This document shows positions 1 through 20,816 of a stretch of 64,000 bases of DNA, piece after piece. The position numbers and the translations under genes were made by a program. Under the pieces are notes generated by a model. The model ran no database searches, was not told the DNA's origin, and saw nothing but the letters and a program-made list of their open reading frames with translations. Within the stretch, counting starts at the first letter, position 1. Every line of letters begins with the position of its first letter. The stretch lies in the NCBI GenBank assembly GCA_051294375.1, contig CM119269.1, positions 6,523,552 to 6,587,551 on the forward strand. Reading direction: 5' to 3'. This stretch comes from Paraspadella gotoi. Lineage: Eukaryota > Animalia > Chaetognatha.

Positions 1-1358
1 TGAGCGGGCGGATCTTGGGGCACGCCGCGAAACCTGGGATGGGGAAGTGGGGAAAGCATGGGGATGGGGTGGTTGTTATGGGGAGATTGATTGTGATGCT
101 TTATTCCAGAGGAAAGTGGAAAGAGAGAGAAAGAGAGAGAAAGAGAATATATAGAAATTCCTGGAATAATTTCTCGGGTTTCGGAAGCAAAGAAAGAAGA
201 AAAAAAGAAACGGAAGAAAATATAAATCGGAAGGAAAGTTTTTCTTTCTCCTCGCAAACATCTCAAGACGAGGCCTTTGGATTTCGGCCCGAGGGGGGGG
301 GGTATGGGGGGGGGAGAAAGGAAAGGGAAGTTCAAAGAAATAGAGACTCGTTTCCACGAAATCGGCGATGATTCATCGTCGTCGGCTTCGATCAGAGCGA
401 CGAATCTCGATCGACGACAACACGCGAAGTCGGTCGTCGACGAATAACAACAACAACTTCGACGACGGGACGACGCAAATTTCCTCGCCTTTCGATCAAA
501 ACCGCAAGAGGGAGAGGGAGAGTAGGAAGAAGAAGTGGGAAGTGGAGGAAGAAAGCGAAAGGGAACAGAAAGGTAAGGTCAAGGGGGAACCGCCGATCCG
601 TTTTCCTCACCTTTGATCTTCCTGCAGACGAGGCGCTGCTTGAGCTTCTCTCGGTGCTGCTTTCTCTTCTCCTCCTCGTCTTCTTCGTCCTCTTCCTCTT
701 CCGGCGCCTCCGAGTCGTAGGCGGGGATCTCGTAGCTCTCCTCTTCCTCTTCTTCCTCGCGACGCCGCTTTCCATCGAGAAGGGCGTTGGGGGCGTCGGC
801 GTCGACTGCGTGGACCACGGGGAGGAAGTTAATGTCGCAGCGGCGCGCCCAGTTTCGCTTCCGGTGACGCCGGTCGACAACGTTGTGGCATCGGTTCTTA
901 GCGGCCATGGTGAGGCAGGCGTCGCTTCCTGAAGGGCGAGAATTAGAAATTGTTATTTGATTCGTGAAATGAGTTCAAGAAAAGGATATGACAGTGAAAG
1001 TGAAAAGAATACGTAGTAGGATAGGCCAAAGCTTAGAAGACATATTCTATCACAGGGCGTGAACGAAAAAAAAACTTTTCCAGCGCCCACGCCCGTCGCC
1101 CATGAGCCACACCCATAGCTTTTTTTTTGACTCTCAGGCACCCAACCCACTATCCTCAAGTCACCTGACACACCTCCCCTCACTCCACGCCCAATCCACA
1201 ATCCCCCACTCAACACCCGTCAAACCTCCGCGCGTCTGATTTACTCGGATTTTCACGGATAATTTTTTTCGCTTTTACATCGAACTTCAAAAGCGGCGCT
1301 TTATTGGACGATCATCAAAGGCCTCGTAAAAGCGTCGAAGGAGCGTCGTGTTACTTCG

Positions 1359-1406
<48 letters not shown>

Positions 1407-2469
1407 GTCCTCCCGAGAAATTGCGCATCCGATTTCGCCCATCGACCCTTGCAAATCCGTTTTCCATTTTCCTCGACCTTAACTTCCGACGTCTCATAAA
1501 TATTATTTTTTCTCTGTTTTTACTGATCCATTTTGATGTCTTCATTTCATTAAAATTCGTTAATGTCATTTCAGTTTTTAGTTTTAAAATTAAATTACAT
1601 CATTGGGAAAGAAAATTCTAAAGAAACCAAATTCCGAAGAATTTCAAAATGGAAAAAAACTTTTCAAGTGGCTACCCTCACAAAAAAAAACCCAAAAAAA
1701 CCTCACATTCGAAATAACGCCTTTGATGTGATTGCCAAACTGTGGAATCAAAAATAAAACCACGCTAGTCCCGACTACGAAAGAGGCAATCAACTCCAGC
1801 TGTCAATGAATCCCAATTCATCACCGTCCACCTACGAAAATCACCACCGAGTTCACCAGAGATCTTTAAAAAGATCACAGCCACCCCACGGATTTTAATT
1901 CTTTCCCTTCTTTCGTGTCTTCATTTTAGGCACGAGTCACCCTTTACCACCGACACTTCTCTCCATCATCGAACCACCTTAAAAAACTACCACCACTATT
2001 TCGCTCCATTTCAATTCAAATTCCTGTCGACCCGATTAAATCAAGATAACATTACTAGCGTCTCTTCCATCCTCCCCCAGACCCCCAAGATCAACCACCC
2101 TCCACTATTCTCGAATAATCCACCTCCACCACCCTCGGATCATCCACCTCCGACGCGTCTCCCACTTGGCGTTAACGACCGACGCGAAGGCGGAGCAAAA
2201 TCGGCGCGAAACTCCTTTGAAGTCGCCGCCGCGGTGGGAAAATCACGTGACCGAAAACGCGGAGTCACGTGACTCGGGATAGGAGGAGGAGGAAGAGGAG
2301 TGAAAGAAAAAAAAAAAAGGAAGAAAAGGGGCGACAAAGAAAAGGAATGATGTAAAGCGAAAAGGGGGTTGTGGAGAGGGGGGGGGGGGAGAGAAAAACG
2401 ATTTTGCGAACAAAAGAATAAATTGAGTTACACATCGAGAGCGAATCGAGCCGGATGTGTTTGTGAGTT

Positions 2470-2500
<31 letters not shown>

Positions 2501-2879
2501 GAGAGAGAGAGAGAGGAGAAGAGAGAAGTAAGACGAGAGAGAGAGAAAGAAATGATCATTCGAGAGATAAACACATTCGAATTCTCTCATATAATTAATG
2601 AAAGTCGAAAATCTCGATGATGATAGACGAAACCAGATGAGGATAAAAGGAGACAGATAGTTTACACAAACGTTACGGAGTTAATCTCGGAGAATTAATT
2701 GGACCGAAATGCGTGTAAATTAAAGGGGATTAGAAATTGGAAAGATATTAGAGAGAGATTAAGAGATAAAAAGGAAGAAAAAAATAATATGTAAAAGATA
2801 GAAGGAAAAGAACAATGAGTGAAAGAGGGAGGTGAAAGAATATATATATATATATATAAATATATAGAAAGAAGAGAGT

Positions 2880-2971
<92 letters not shown>

Positions 2972-3954
2972 AAAAAAGAAAGAAAGAATGGATAAGAGAA
3001 AACTTAACATTCACCAGAATATCGAAAAAAAAGTAACTTACCCAAATACATTCCCTTCTTTCTCTCGCACTGCCTGGCCGTGTGCCTATAGTCAACGAAG
3101 AAGACGAGAACGATGTGTCCAAAGTTGGCCTCCGGAAAAGGGTCCAGCACGACCACGGCGTCGTGCAGCCCGGCGCGGGAGAGCCCGCCGTCGGGCAGAA
3201 CGGCGGCCAGCTTGAGGTTGGCCGAGCGGAGGACGGCCTCGGCGTCAACGAGCTCTTCTGCGGCCGCCGCCCAAACCGCCATCTCGTTGCGCGGGATCGA
3301 TTTGATTGAGCGACACTCGCGGGATCTGAAAGGGTTTGTGGAGAATACCATATAAAATATTAGGATCCATGTCTTAAGATACTCTAATGCAAACTATATT
3401 CTTCTAATTTCCCCTCTTAAAATAATAACTTCTATATTCTAATACTTTAGTTTAAATCACATTCGCTCGACTCTCCAACTGCAGTTCCTATTTAAGAACT
3501 AGCAGACAAGATTTGAGTGCCTCACCTTCCAACTATGCAACCTCAATCCATCAGACGACGGGCTAAGCATTGCAATACTGTTGGGTTAGGTTCTGCTTTT
3601 TCTGTTCTTCTCCAAAATCTAATGTACTTCAAACTTACCTCAGCGCTTAACTCACCGACACTCGACCCACCTGAAAATCGTTCCTTCTGGTCCGCACTTC
3701 AACGTCTGCACGAAGGCGTACGCGGCTTCGGCCCACCGTTCAGGTCCGGACGCGACGGTCTTCTCCGCGCGAAACGTCTCCTGGCTGAAGACCGAATTGG
3801 GACCGGCGCGACGAACCCGGTACCCGGCGTCGTCGGCCTCGCTTTCGAGAAAGGCATCGAAGTCGACGTCGGACTCGGAAAACAGTGGCGCCGTTTGGAC
3901 AAAGAGAGGAACAAAAACTACGCCGAGGAGCGCCGAAAAGAAACACGGCGTCAT
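1..3954 (-). CDS. Multi-exon gene for an uncharacterised secreted cysteine-rich protein (3'-partial, continues off the left edge)
   Basis: Exons 3954-3656, 3325-3042, 928-611 and 33-1 are joined by GT-AG introns with matching phases (2,1,1). The product reads MTPCFFSALLGVVFVPLFVQTAP (signal-peptide-like)...RVRR...WVECRSRECRSIK...VLDPFPEANFGHIVLVFFVD...CERKKGMYLGSDACLTMAAKNRCHN...RCDINFLPVV...QRLVCRKIKGFAACPKIRPL. The exons are GC-rich against AT-rich introns. Confidence 0.85.
2880..2986. repeat. (AAAG)n tetranucleotide microsatellite
   Basis: Directly visible run of aaag units in intron 2 of the secreted-protein gene. Confidence 0.95.
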
Positions 3955-4894
3955 GATTTTCGTGATTAAATCGTGTCGCGTGAAAATAGTTTTGATTGGC
4001 AAAGAGCGAATTGCACGCTGGAGAATTTTTTTTTTGTCTTTCGTGGAAAGAATAGCAAAAGTATTTTTGTTCGTACGAAGCGAAGGGAAATAATTTGTCA
4101 ATGAAAATAAATAATATTTTGTTCAATTCGTTTCAAAAAATTGGTGCAAGAACGATTAAGAAATGTTTTTTAATGAGACGTTTGTTCGTTAAAATAATTT
4201 TTTTTATTCTGCAAATAGCAAGGCGTAAGGATTTCTCATGCAGCTGATCAACTGATGAGGCGAAACAGCGAGATGTGACAGAAGCGATGCGTCGCTCTCC
4301 GTTTTATACCTATGCTCTGCTCGCCGACGCCTCGATCCTCCTCCTCTTTCTCTTCCTCTTCCTTTTCCCCTTGATTCGTAGCGCGAGCCTCTTCATACTC
4401 CTCCTCCTCCCATAAGACCACACGCGGAAGGCGGACTTTTTTTTCTCTTCCTTCTTCGCTGACGTCGACGACGACGAATACAACGACGGACGCTGCAACG
4501 TCAACGACGACGAAGACCACGACGATGACGTCTCTTTAGCGTAAAGCGATAAACGATAAAAGGTAAACGGTAGAGATAAATTACGAACGATTAAAAATGG
4601 TCGATTCCTTCTAATTTGGAATGAAATACGAGCGAAGCTCGGACGTTTTAATTCACGAGACAATTTTGGGTCGTTCGAGATGTCGGCTACTGTCAGTTTT
4701 ACGATGCGAACAAGTAGGGTGAATGATAATTCTGTTATGAATATGACTAATTTCGGTTGTCTTTAGTTTGTCTAAAATTTCGTGAGAACAGTTACCGTAA
4801 AAAAATAATGTAAAGAGGGATTAATTTTCTTTGCGATTAAATTTTAAAAAAAAATTTTTTTCAATGTTTGTGTTTTTGTTTTTGGGAGAGGGAG

Positions 4895-4898
4895 AGGG

Positions 4899-4970
<72 letters not shown>
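4895..4970. repeat. (GA)n microsatellite
   Basis: Directly visible; one of many GA/TC tracts in the window. Confidence 0.95.
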
Positions 4971-4972
<2 letters not shown>

Positions 4973-5997
4973 ACCGATTAAGTAGTAATATACAACGAAA
5001 TAACAATCATTGCTGATTTCTCCTGTGAAAAGATGAAAGAAGCCGCCGACGCTGAAACTTTAAAAAAAAAGGAAAAAAAAAGAGAAAGAATAAGAAGAAT
5101 GAAGAGACGAATACTTTGACGAAAAAGCGGAAGAAGAAATTTAAAGATGCTGATGAAAATGAGGAAAACAGGTTAGTGATTATGTTTTGGGATTATGTAA
5201 GTGATTTATTAAGGATTATGGTTAAAGACTTTTGGTGTCAAGATTGGGGGTTATGGTTCAAAATTAGGTATAAGTTAGGGTTCTGAATTAGAGTTAATAG
5301 TTAGTTTATAAGTTCAAGAATATTTTTAAGCAATATATAATTATTAAGGTTAAAGTCTAATTCTGAGTTAAAGGATCAGAAATAGGGCCCGCTGGGAAAA
5401 AAGAGCCGAAAAAAAAATATCAAGAGTATTAAGTTAAAGATGAAGAAAAGAATAAACTTATAAAGAAATGAAAAAGACAAAATTTAGGGATCAAAAGTTC
5501 AATTAATAAATTAGTATATTTAATTTAGTAACGGTAAAAGTAAAAAGATGTAGTGTAGAAGACTAACAAAGGGAAACAATGGAGCAGCAAACCACAACAA
5601 AGAGCAGTCAAAGCCACTTGCCAGATCGAATCAATTAACTATTCCAAGGTTGATGCCATGAAAGTTAGAACCTCAACTATATCGAAGATATAAGTTTATT
5701 AAAAATTTTGAAGCAACCAATAACAGAATTGGGATTTTTTTTATTGCTCCTCTTAAAAAAGAAACAGGATTAAGTTATTTCCGGTCAAATCTTTTAGAGA
5801 AAAGAAAATCTTCTCAGCAAATACCGGGAATTTTTCTCGGCATTCCTTGATGTCAAATCGGTTGATGGGATGTCTTCTCGTCAAGGACCTGCCGCAAATG
5901 GATACGATTCCCATCTCTCTCGGTCTCTATCTCATTCTTTCTCTCTCCCTCTCTCTTGACCATACCTTATCTGCCTTCCGATGTTGTTGACACAAAA

Positions 5998-7563
<1,566 letters not shown>

Positions 7564-8176
7564 CCAATTAGCGACGGACTGACGACAACGACAACGACGA
7601 CGACTCCAGCGCCACGTCTCGCGGCGGCCGAAGCTGCGAACGATAAACCTCGAAAGGGGGAAACATCGGGGCATCGCATAAAATTGTATGGAATAAAAGG
7701 TAAGGGAGTAAAAAGCCGCGACTTTTTTGTTTTTATACACAAACGAAAAAACAGGTGGTCGGATTTTTGCCCGATTTGTTTTTTTTAGCGTTGGGGGGGG
7801 GGATTGGTAAGTTTTACAATTCGATTCGACAGAAAGTAAAACGTTCGTTGGTTCTTGTCCTCGGGCGTCGCCGTAAAAAAAAATCGCAATAAACTTGGAT
7901 TCCTGAGGATTTTTTAGAGAGGGAAACGATCTCGACTTTCGGGACGAAGAATCTCTGCCGCCACGAGATCCAAAGTGAAGACTGACGCTGTCTTCACTGG
8001 GTCTGCGACGGGATTCCCTCGCTCAGTCACTCACTCGCTCACCTATTCGCTCACTCTATTCGACAACATTTTGATTTTGATGCATTCGCAAAATATCTCT
8101 TCCCAAACCGACTAAGCACGACCTCCAACACTCACCATTTCACACTCTACTTATCCCCATCCTCACCCATCATTCA

Positions 8177-8752
8177 NNNNNNNNNNNNNNNNNNNNNNNN
8201 NNNNNNNNNNNNNNNNNNNNNNNNNNNNNNNNNNNNNNNNNNNNNNNNNNNNNNNNNNNNNNNNNNNNNNNNNNNNNNNNNNNNNNNNNNNNNNNNNNNN
8301 NNNNNNNNNNNNNNNNNNNNNNNNNNNNNNNNNNNNNNNNNNNNNNNNNNNNNNNNNNNNNNNNNNNNNNNNNNNNNNNNNNNNNNNNNNNNNNNNNNNN
8401 NNNNNNNNNNNNNNNNNNNNNNNNNNNNNNNNNNNNNNNNNNNNNNNNNNNNNNNNNNNNNNNNNNNNNNNNNNNNNNNNNNNNNNNNNNNNNNNNNNNN
8501 NNNNNNNNNNNNNNNNNNNNNNNNNNNNNNNNNNNNNNNNNNNNNNNNNNNNNNNNNNNNNNNNNNNNNNNNNNNNNNNNNNNNNNNNNNNNNNNNNNNN
8601 NNNNNNNNNNNNNNNNNNNNNNNNNNNNNNNNNNNNNNNNNNNNNNNNNNNNNNNNNNNNNNNNNNNNNNNNNNNNNNNNNNNNNNNNNNNNNNNNNNNN
8701 NNNNNNNNNNNNNNNNNNNNNNNNNNNNNNNNNNNNNNNNNNNNNNNNNNNN
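8177..8752. other. Assembly gap (N-run); further gaps at 8988-9074, 9586-9668, 33177-33201 and 52665-52674
   Basis: N characters in the sequence. Confidence 1.
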
Positions 8753-8856
8753 TCACTGTTTTATTTATTTATATATCTATTTATTTTTTTCTTTCTTTAT
8801 TTATTTATTTAATAATTTCTTTCGTTCTTTCTTTCTTCTTTCTTTCTTTCCTTTTT

Positions 8857-8900
<44 letters not shown>

Positions 8901-9427
8901 TTTTCTTTCTTTCTTTATATATTTCTTTCTTTCTTCCTCTTTTTTGATTCTTTCATTTTTTAAAATTTCTTTCTTTCTTTCTTTCTTNNNNNNNNNNNNN
9001 NNNNNNNNNNNNNNNNNNNNNNNNNNNNNNNNNNNNNNNNNNNNNNNNNNNNNNNNNNNNNNNNNNNNNNNNNNTTTTTTTTCTCACTTTTTTCCTTCGC
9101 TTCTATTTTTTATAACTTTCTTTATTCTTGACCTTTTTTTCGCCACTTTGCCTTTTATGATGATGAGGTCGTTGAAGGCAATTGGTTTAGTCAATCTTCC
9201 AGAGACGACGACGACGACGACAACAACAACAACCGCCGTCTGCTACACTTTTCTCTCTTCCTCTTCCAATTTCGATCCTTTCTTTTCTGCGACGAAAAAA
9301 AAGCGGATTCAAGAGAGAGAGACGAGAGAGATCTGCTACACTTTTCTCTCTTCCTCTTCCAATTTCGATCCTTTCTTTTCTGCGACGAAAAAAAAAGCGG
9401 ATTCAAGAGAGAGAGGGAGAGATGAGA

Positions 9428-9518
<91 letters not shown>

Positions 9519-9668
9519 AAAATGGTCTTTCTTTGATCTTCGCCGCCTCACGCATCTTGAACGAAGACGAATCGCGTTCTGTTCCNNNNNNNNNNNNNNN
9601 NNNNNNNNNNNNNNNNNNNNNNNNNNNNNNNNNNNNNNNNNNNNNNNNNNNNNNNNNNNNNNNNNNNN

Positions 9669-9705
<37 letters not shown>

Positions 9706-12312
9706 ATTGAAATGAGCACCTGGGAACCTCTGTGGGTGAGCGCGACGAAGAAGAAGGGAAAGAGTCACGCGGTGGAGAGAACGCGATACACATTTGTTAT
9801 TGTTTTTCTTTTTTATTATCAAGTTGATGATGATGGTGACTAAAACGCGACGTTTCTATCAGTCGACACGGCGTCGTCTACACTAAATTTTTTAATTTCT
9901 TCATAATATGATATCTCGCTGTATATTGCGACTTGGTACGAGAGACCATGTACTTAATTACTCGTCTATAATTTATTAATTTACTTTTTTACATATTTAT
10001 GCTCAGCGACATAATAAAAATAGATTAGCCAACTAACGCTTGGCTCTTTTAACGTTGAAAAGATGAGAAGGTGTCGCGGCCGAAGTACTAATTACACACG
10101 AGTCTAAAGTTTCTCCGAAGCCTCGCGCAGCTGCGTTTCTCTCGTTCGCGCGGATGTTGACAAAAAAATCCGGTTGCGTCTGAGATAATTGTCGTCGAGA
10201 GACGCGCGAAGAATTATGAGTCTGAATTAATCATTTCCGAGAAAAGGATTGCGGGACGTTGAACGCTGATGTCTTCGTGTCTCAGTCGGTCGGTCATTTT
10301 AGGGTTCTCTTTTAAACGTATCTTAATCGATTGGATCAAACAAAAATGAGCGGATGTCGATAATTTGACAGAAGGACCAGGGTCAGTCATTCGAGGAGAC
10401 ATTTGATACATACCTGTGATGAGCCACTTAATAATTTGTCATATTTTACATGAAACAAAACATTTAATAATCATTTAATTACATTCGTTGGAATAATAAA
10501 TCGCCGAAAAGATGAGAGAGCCAACCCCCCCCGATCTCCTACCGCGAACCCTCGATCTCCAGTTCCAACTCATCCATGAAGCGAATCGATCTTCGCCGTC
10601 GACCATCGATCCATCAAAAACAAAAGGTTAACGGTTGATTCCATCCCAACCGGGTTAAGGGTAGACTGGGAAGGAGGGCGGACCCTGAGACGAGAAATGG
10701 CATCCATAGTAAATGGCAAATATTAAGACGGAAAAGGCAGGTCTAAACTCATGTGCAAAAAAAAAAAAAAAAAAAAACGCGCAACGTTAAAACGTTTAAT
10801 CTTAATATTCCGGACGCTCTATAAAAATATTTTTAAAAATTATATAAAAATATTTTTTTTTAAAAGAGGAATCAATGTATCTAAATTTTATTACAATTGG
10901 TCAAGTAGTTTAGGAGTTAAGATTTCTTAGACTTGAGAGTTCCAAAACCAAACGGGAAAATCTTTTATCTAAAAGCTTCAGAATCATGGCCCAGCAATTC
11001 ATTGTATGTTTCAATAAACTTAAAATTATTATTTAGGGATCTGGGGCAATCCAGTTATCCAGCTATCCCTCCATATATCCAGTATAATTTTTTTAAGGAA
11101 TGAAAAATATCAGAAAAAAAAAGATTAGTCTTAAATCTATTAGATTTTTTTATATTCAGCTTTGTGGTAGAGTACTTTATTTTAAAAAATCACTGCTCCT
11201 AAATGGATGGCCCGATTTTAGTAAAAATTTTTGGGAAATTTATTATTTTTTAATAAACTTTAATTTAAGAAAAAAAATTCAAGTATGTAGTGTGATTTTT
11301 AAAGTCTGAAATAAAGTGGTGCGATTTTTATGCACGTGACTGTAGAATGTAGATTTTAGAGGTAAGAGGGAGTTTTTTTTATTTAGATTGCCAGGAAGCA
11401 GACATATCTAATATTAGGAATACACTACGTAATATGTCCTAATTTCTATTAGCTTTTAGAGAGAGACGAAATAACATTTTTATGGTTAACAAAAACGGTA
11501 AAAATATTTTTTAATGAAAACGGACAAGTTTGTGAGCCTTCAAGGCCTTCAGGCTTCATCAGCGAAAATCAAGTTGTAAAAAATTATTTTGAGTAGGAAA
11601 GAGAGAGAGGGGGAGAGAGAGAGAGAGAGTGGAGAGAGAGAGAGAGAGTGGAGAGAGAGAGAGAGAGTGGAGAGAGAGAGAGAGTGGAGAGAGAGAGAGA
11701 GAGAGAGCGTCCAACAAAGAATTAAAAAGGGATACTGGTCAGAAGGTGACGAAAGATAAAGATGTAGGTATGATTCGTGAAGAATTTTTTAATTGTGTTT
11801 CCAAAATCACATGATCCAAAGTTAAAGGATTTTCTCATCTTCGAGTATAAAAAATGTAAAAGAAATCAGCAATTTCGTGGATAAAACAATCTGTAAAACG
11901 CATTTTACAACGTAAATAAAAGCTTTAACGTCAAAATGCCTTTCAAGGTTCACCGCTTCATACCTGGAATGGAATCGTTACGTTAAGGGGAACCATGGGG
12001 TTATATTTAAGGTAATGTCAGCTAATGGAACCTTGATAAATGACGCGAATAGATGGAGTTTTGGTTGTTGTTCGTCTTCCGCCCCGAGTTACGTGACGAC
12101 GACGACGACGACGACCACGCACCGAAAACGCCATAAGCCTTCGCGTCATTCGTCATCCTCTGTATCGGCGAAAAAAACTGTCAACGACGACGACGACGAC
12201 GACGTAGATCATTAATCGGGATTCCAAAAGTCGCCGCCGACACAACGGTCGCCGACGCCGCCGACGCAACCGCCGTCGACGCCGCTTTTTAGCGGGCGGA
12301 GGTCACGGCATC

Positions 12313-12345
<33 letters not shown>

Positions 12346-12519
12346 TCCACCGCCGCCTCCACCGCCCCTCTATCGAGGGAGGTCCATTCATTATTCAAAC
12401 CTTTGAGATCTTTGGACGTCGATTCTTCGTCAAGATTTCGACCTCCGTTGATAAATTAAAAAAATCTTCTACCTCGTCTCTCTGCTCTCTCTCTGATTCT
12501 GTCTCTCGTCTGCTCTCTC

Positions 12520-12562
<43 letters not shown>

Positions 12563-13017
12563 TTATTTTCTTTCTTTTTTTATTCTCTTTGACAAACGCG
12601 AAAAAAAATGAGGTGTGTGGATTCCGACTTTTTGAAGACGCCGTTTGACGCTAAAAAAAGAGAGAGAGATAGAGAGAGAGTGGGGGAGAGAGAGAGAATG
12701 AGGAAGATCAAATAGCGAGAGGAGGGAGATAAAGTAAGGGGGAGGGAGAGAAGGGTAAAGTTCAAATTCAGGGCGAAAGAAAACGAAAATTAAACAAGGA
12801 ACGGCATTCCGAAAAAAAACTTTCTTTTCAAGAGATCCCATCACGTAGTAATTACGAAACTACTCAAGAATAAAACATGTCAACACCAAATGATAAGCCT
12901 AATTAGCTTAGAACTACTACACGAGTTATTTTCATACATTCATTAGATATATGTCAAATAGTGTAAATAAATATTAATATTAATATTAAATAAATTATTT
13001 AAATAAGTATAAGTCGA

Positions 13018-13097
13018 ACAGACAAACGGATGGACCAACCAACCGACTGACCGACCGATACCCAAGTTGCTTCGCGAGTACTCGCTGAGCAACTAGA
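13018..13097 (+). mobile_element. Helitron/DINE-like 3' end remnant
   Basis: GACA/GACC-type tetramer microsatellite followed by a GC-rich hairpin (gttgcttcgcgagt/actcgctgagcaac) ending in CTAG. Confidence 0.45.
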
Positions 13098-14195
13098 ATA
13101 AAGTGCTAACTGAAAAATGAAGATAAACTTTACTTTATTTACATTTACTGTCAAGTTTGGTAATACGACTTATAGCACCATAATTGTATTTCATCAACGT
13201 AAAAATGATCAAAGTATCGGCACGCACGGAAGAGGAATACAATTAATACATTAAACCTTTTGATACTTTTTTTAAAATTCAGCGTTGAGGCAAATTTAAC
13301 CACCGAACGACCTTGGTGAAAGTAACGTCAACAACGACCAGTCTTTAACTGGCAGCGACGACGACGACGACGACGATGACAACGAAAACAAAAAAAGCCT
13401 CGAACTCCGCCTATTCTGTCGTCTAACGATTCGAACGCGGGACGTTAATCCAAATCGATTGGATTTTTTCCCCGGCCTTTGAAGTTTTTCACTCGCGCCG
13501 TTTAGAACCAGACGACGAGGACGACGACGACGACGACGACGACGGTCTACCCCCGTGACCGCGGGGAACGCTCGGACGCGCGAAAAGAGGAAAGGGGGGT
13601 GCGATTTTTTGTGGGCGGGGAATTTCAAAGGGTCGAAAAGAGAAAAGCTGAGAATTTAAGTTAGATAAATGAATCCGCGGGGCGGGGCGGTTAAAGGGTC
13701 AGGGGGGGGGGGAATTAGGGTATGAATAAGGGGGGTTGGAAAGATGAGGATTATGGGAGGGGAAGCCTAGGGGGGGAGTATGGGGGAGAGTGGGATTCAA
13801 AATCGGTTGACTCGCAGTGATTTGATTTTTACTATTTGTGAAAAAGAGAGTAAGGAAAAAAAACAAAGAACGAGATAGAATAGGAAGGAGAGAAAGAAAG
13901 ACAAAGTGAGAAAATAGTTAAAAGAGCGAAAGATTGCAAGAGAGGAAGGAACAAGAAGAAAGAAAGAGAAAGAGAGAAAGAGAGAAAGAGAGAGAGAGAG
14001 AGATGAAAGCCGGAGGAGGAGGAGATGAGACGAGGCGGGGAGGAGAAACCATTTATCAAGAGTCAAAGCAGAAGGGATTAGCGACTACAAAGAGGCGGAG
14101 CCGAATCGCCTCGTCCAGAGACGGACATCGAGAGAAAAATGACGCAGTGTCAAAGGGAGAGAGAGATAGCGACGAGGGATAGAGGGATAGAGACC

Positions 14196-14237
<42 letters not shown>

Positions 14238-15229
14238 CTTGATTGAAAGTCGTCGGAGGACGAAGAGAAGGCGATAAAAGTAAAAAAAAGAAAGATATAT
14301 TGATGACTTAAAAAGATGTATGTACATTTAAAACTACAAGAATGTTATGAAACCAAATCGTATTCCTAAACTATGAACTTTTACTTTTACTGAGGCCCAA
14401 AATTCTTTGCTCCGTGACATCGTCGCTTGGTTTACGTTACCTCCTATTTTAAAAAAGTTTGTATCTATGTCATTCGGTCATAGAATTTTAAGTAACTAAT
14501 AATATTAAATTCACTTGAGCGTTGTTTCAGGTGTATTTATATTTGTTTGCAATTAATAAAATATAATCGTTATTGTAATCATTACGCGACACAGATCGAT
14601 CTTCGCTGCATTCGACACGAAAAGATATCATAGTTGATTTGCCCGAAATTTAGCAGTAAAACCAGAAAATTTGTATTTTTTTGTCAAATTCATTGCCAGT
14701 ATTACATTAAGATCAAAGAATTAAAAAACACAACTTATCGAATTCTCATACGAACCAAGAAAAATCATTTAAAATTAGAAATAGAAAAAAAATATTTACA
14801 AGTTGTAAAGCACGTAAAATAATAGCGGTTAAGTAAAATTTAAAAAAAGTAAAATGTTTTAAGAAGGGGATTTTGGGTGAAGAAAAAAATCGTGAAAAAC
14901 TGCGAACTTCCGGTCTTTTTAAAATCACTATCTCCTGGATGTTGACTTTTACTAAGCAGTCATTGAATACTCTTTTGTCTTATTTTACGAATCATTACTA
15001 ATTAGTCTTGACCATATAAAATGTCAATTTTTTTTTAATTTTTTTTTTCTCCATGTGTTTTACTTACAGTTTCATTTTTTTTATATTTCTACCTCTCTTT
15101 ATTTTCATTGCCTTCAGTCTCCCTCTCTATCCGGTTTTCCTCTTAAATATGCAGCTAAACTTCCTCCATCCCCTTCCCCAACCCCATCCCCAACCCCTCC
15201 CCCATCCCAATCTCCCCCTCCACCCCCCG

Positions 15230-20398
<5,169 letters not shown>

Positions 20399-20443
20399 CT
20401 GTCAACGAAACAAAAGACGATCAACTTGGAAAATATGGCTCTA

Positions 20444-20805
20444 CCGCGTGACCATTTGAAACCCGCCGCTATAAAAAATGAACCATATGAAAACGCGTAG
20501 AGATTTTAACCTTTTGAAAAAAGATATATAAAGACAAGACGTACTTATTTTTTATGTATAAATTTTTTGATAATTGATTTTGTTTTGAGTTTGTAATGAG
20601 GGAAAAAAGATGAGGAACAAATTCGAGCTTTTCAACTACAAATAAATGGAAATTGGTCAGCTGGAATTGATGGCTCTGTTTAACAATCATAAACTCAATA
20701 AATAGTGCTAATATAGGTAATACAAGAAAGCCCGTTAAAATTTGATCCAGGAATGTTGATTAGACTTTCTTAAAAGTAATATACTTTGCCACTGACTAAT
20801 CTTAA
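20444..20805 (+). mobile_element. End of a non-autonomous TA-flanked TIR element (Tc1/mariner-like); related ends at ~27305-27653, ~51909-52305, ~53960-54051 and ~57465-57493
   Basis: TA|CCGCGTGACCATTTGAAACCCGCCGCTA here, and its inverse TAGCTGCGGGTTTCAAATGGTCACCATG|TA ending at 54051. About 350 bp of internal similarity with 51916-52300. Confidence 0.55.
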
Positions 20806-20816
20806 AACTAAGGTAG

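Noticed and set aside
9239-9413. 93-bp-period exact tandem duplication
   Set aside because: It lies on a tiny contig between two gaps next to GA tracts; most likely an assembly overlap artefact.
10085-10411. GC-richer stretch with short open frames
   Set aside because: No convincing splice-site pair, phase partner or motif.
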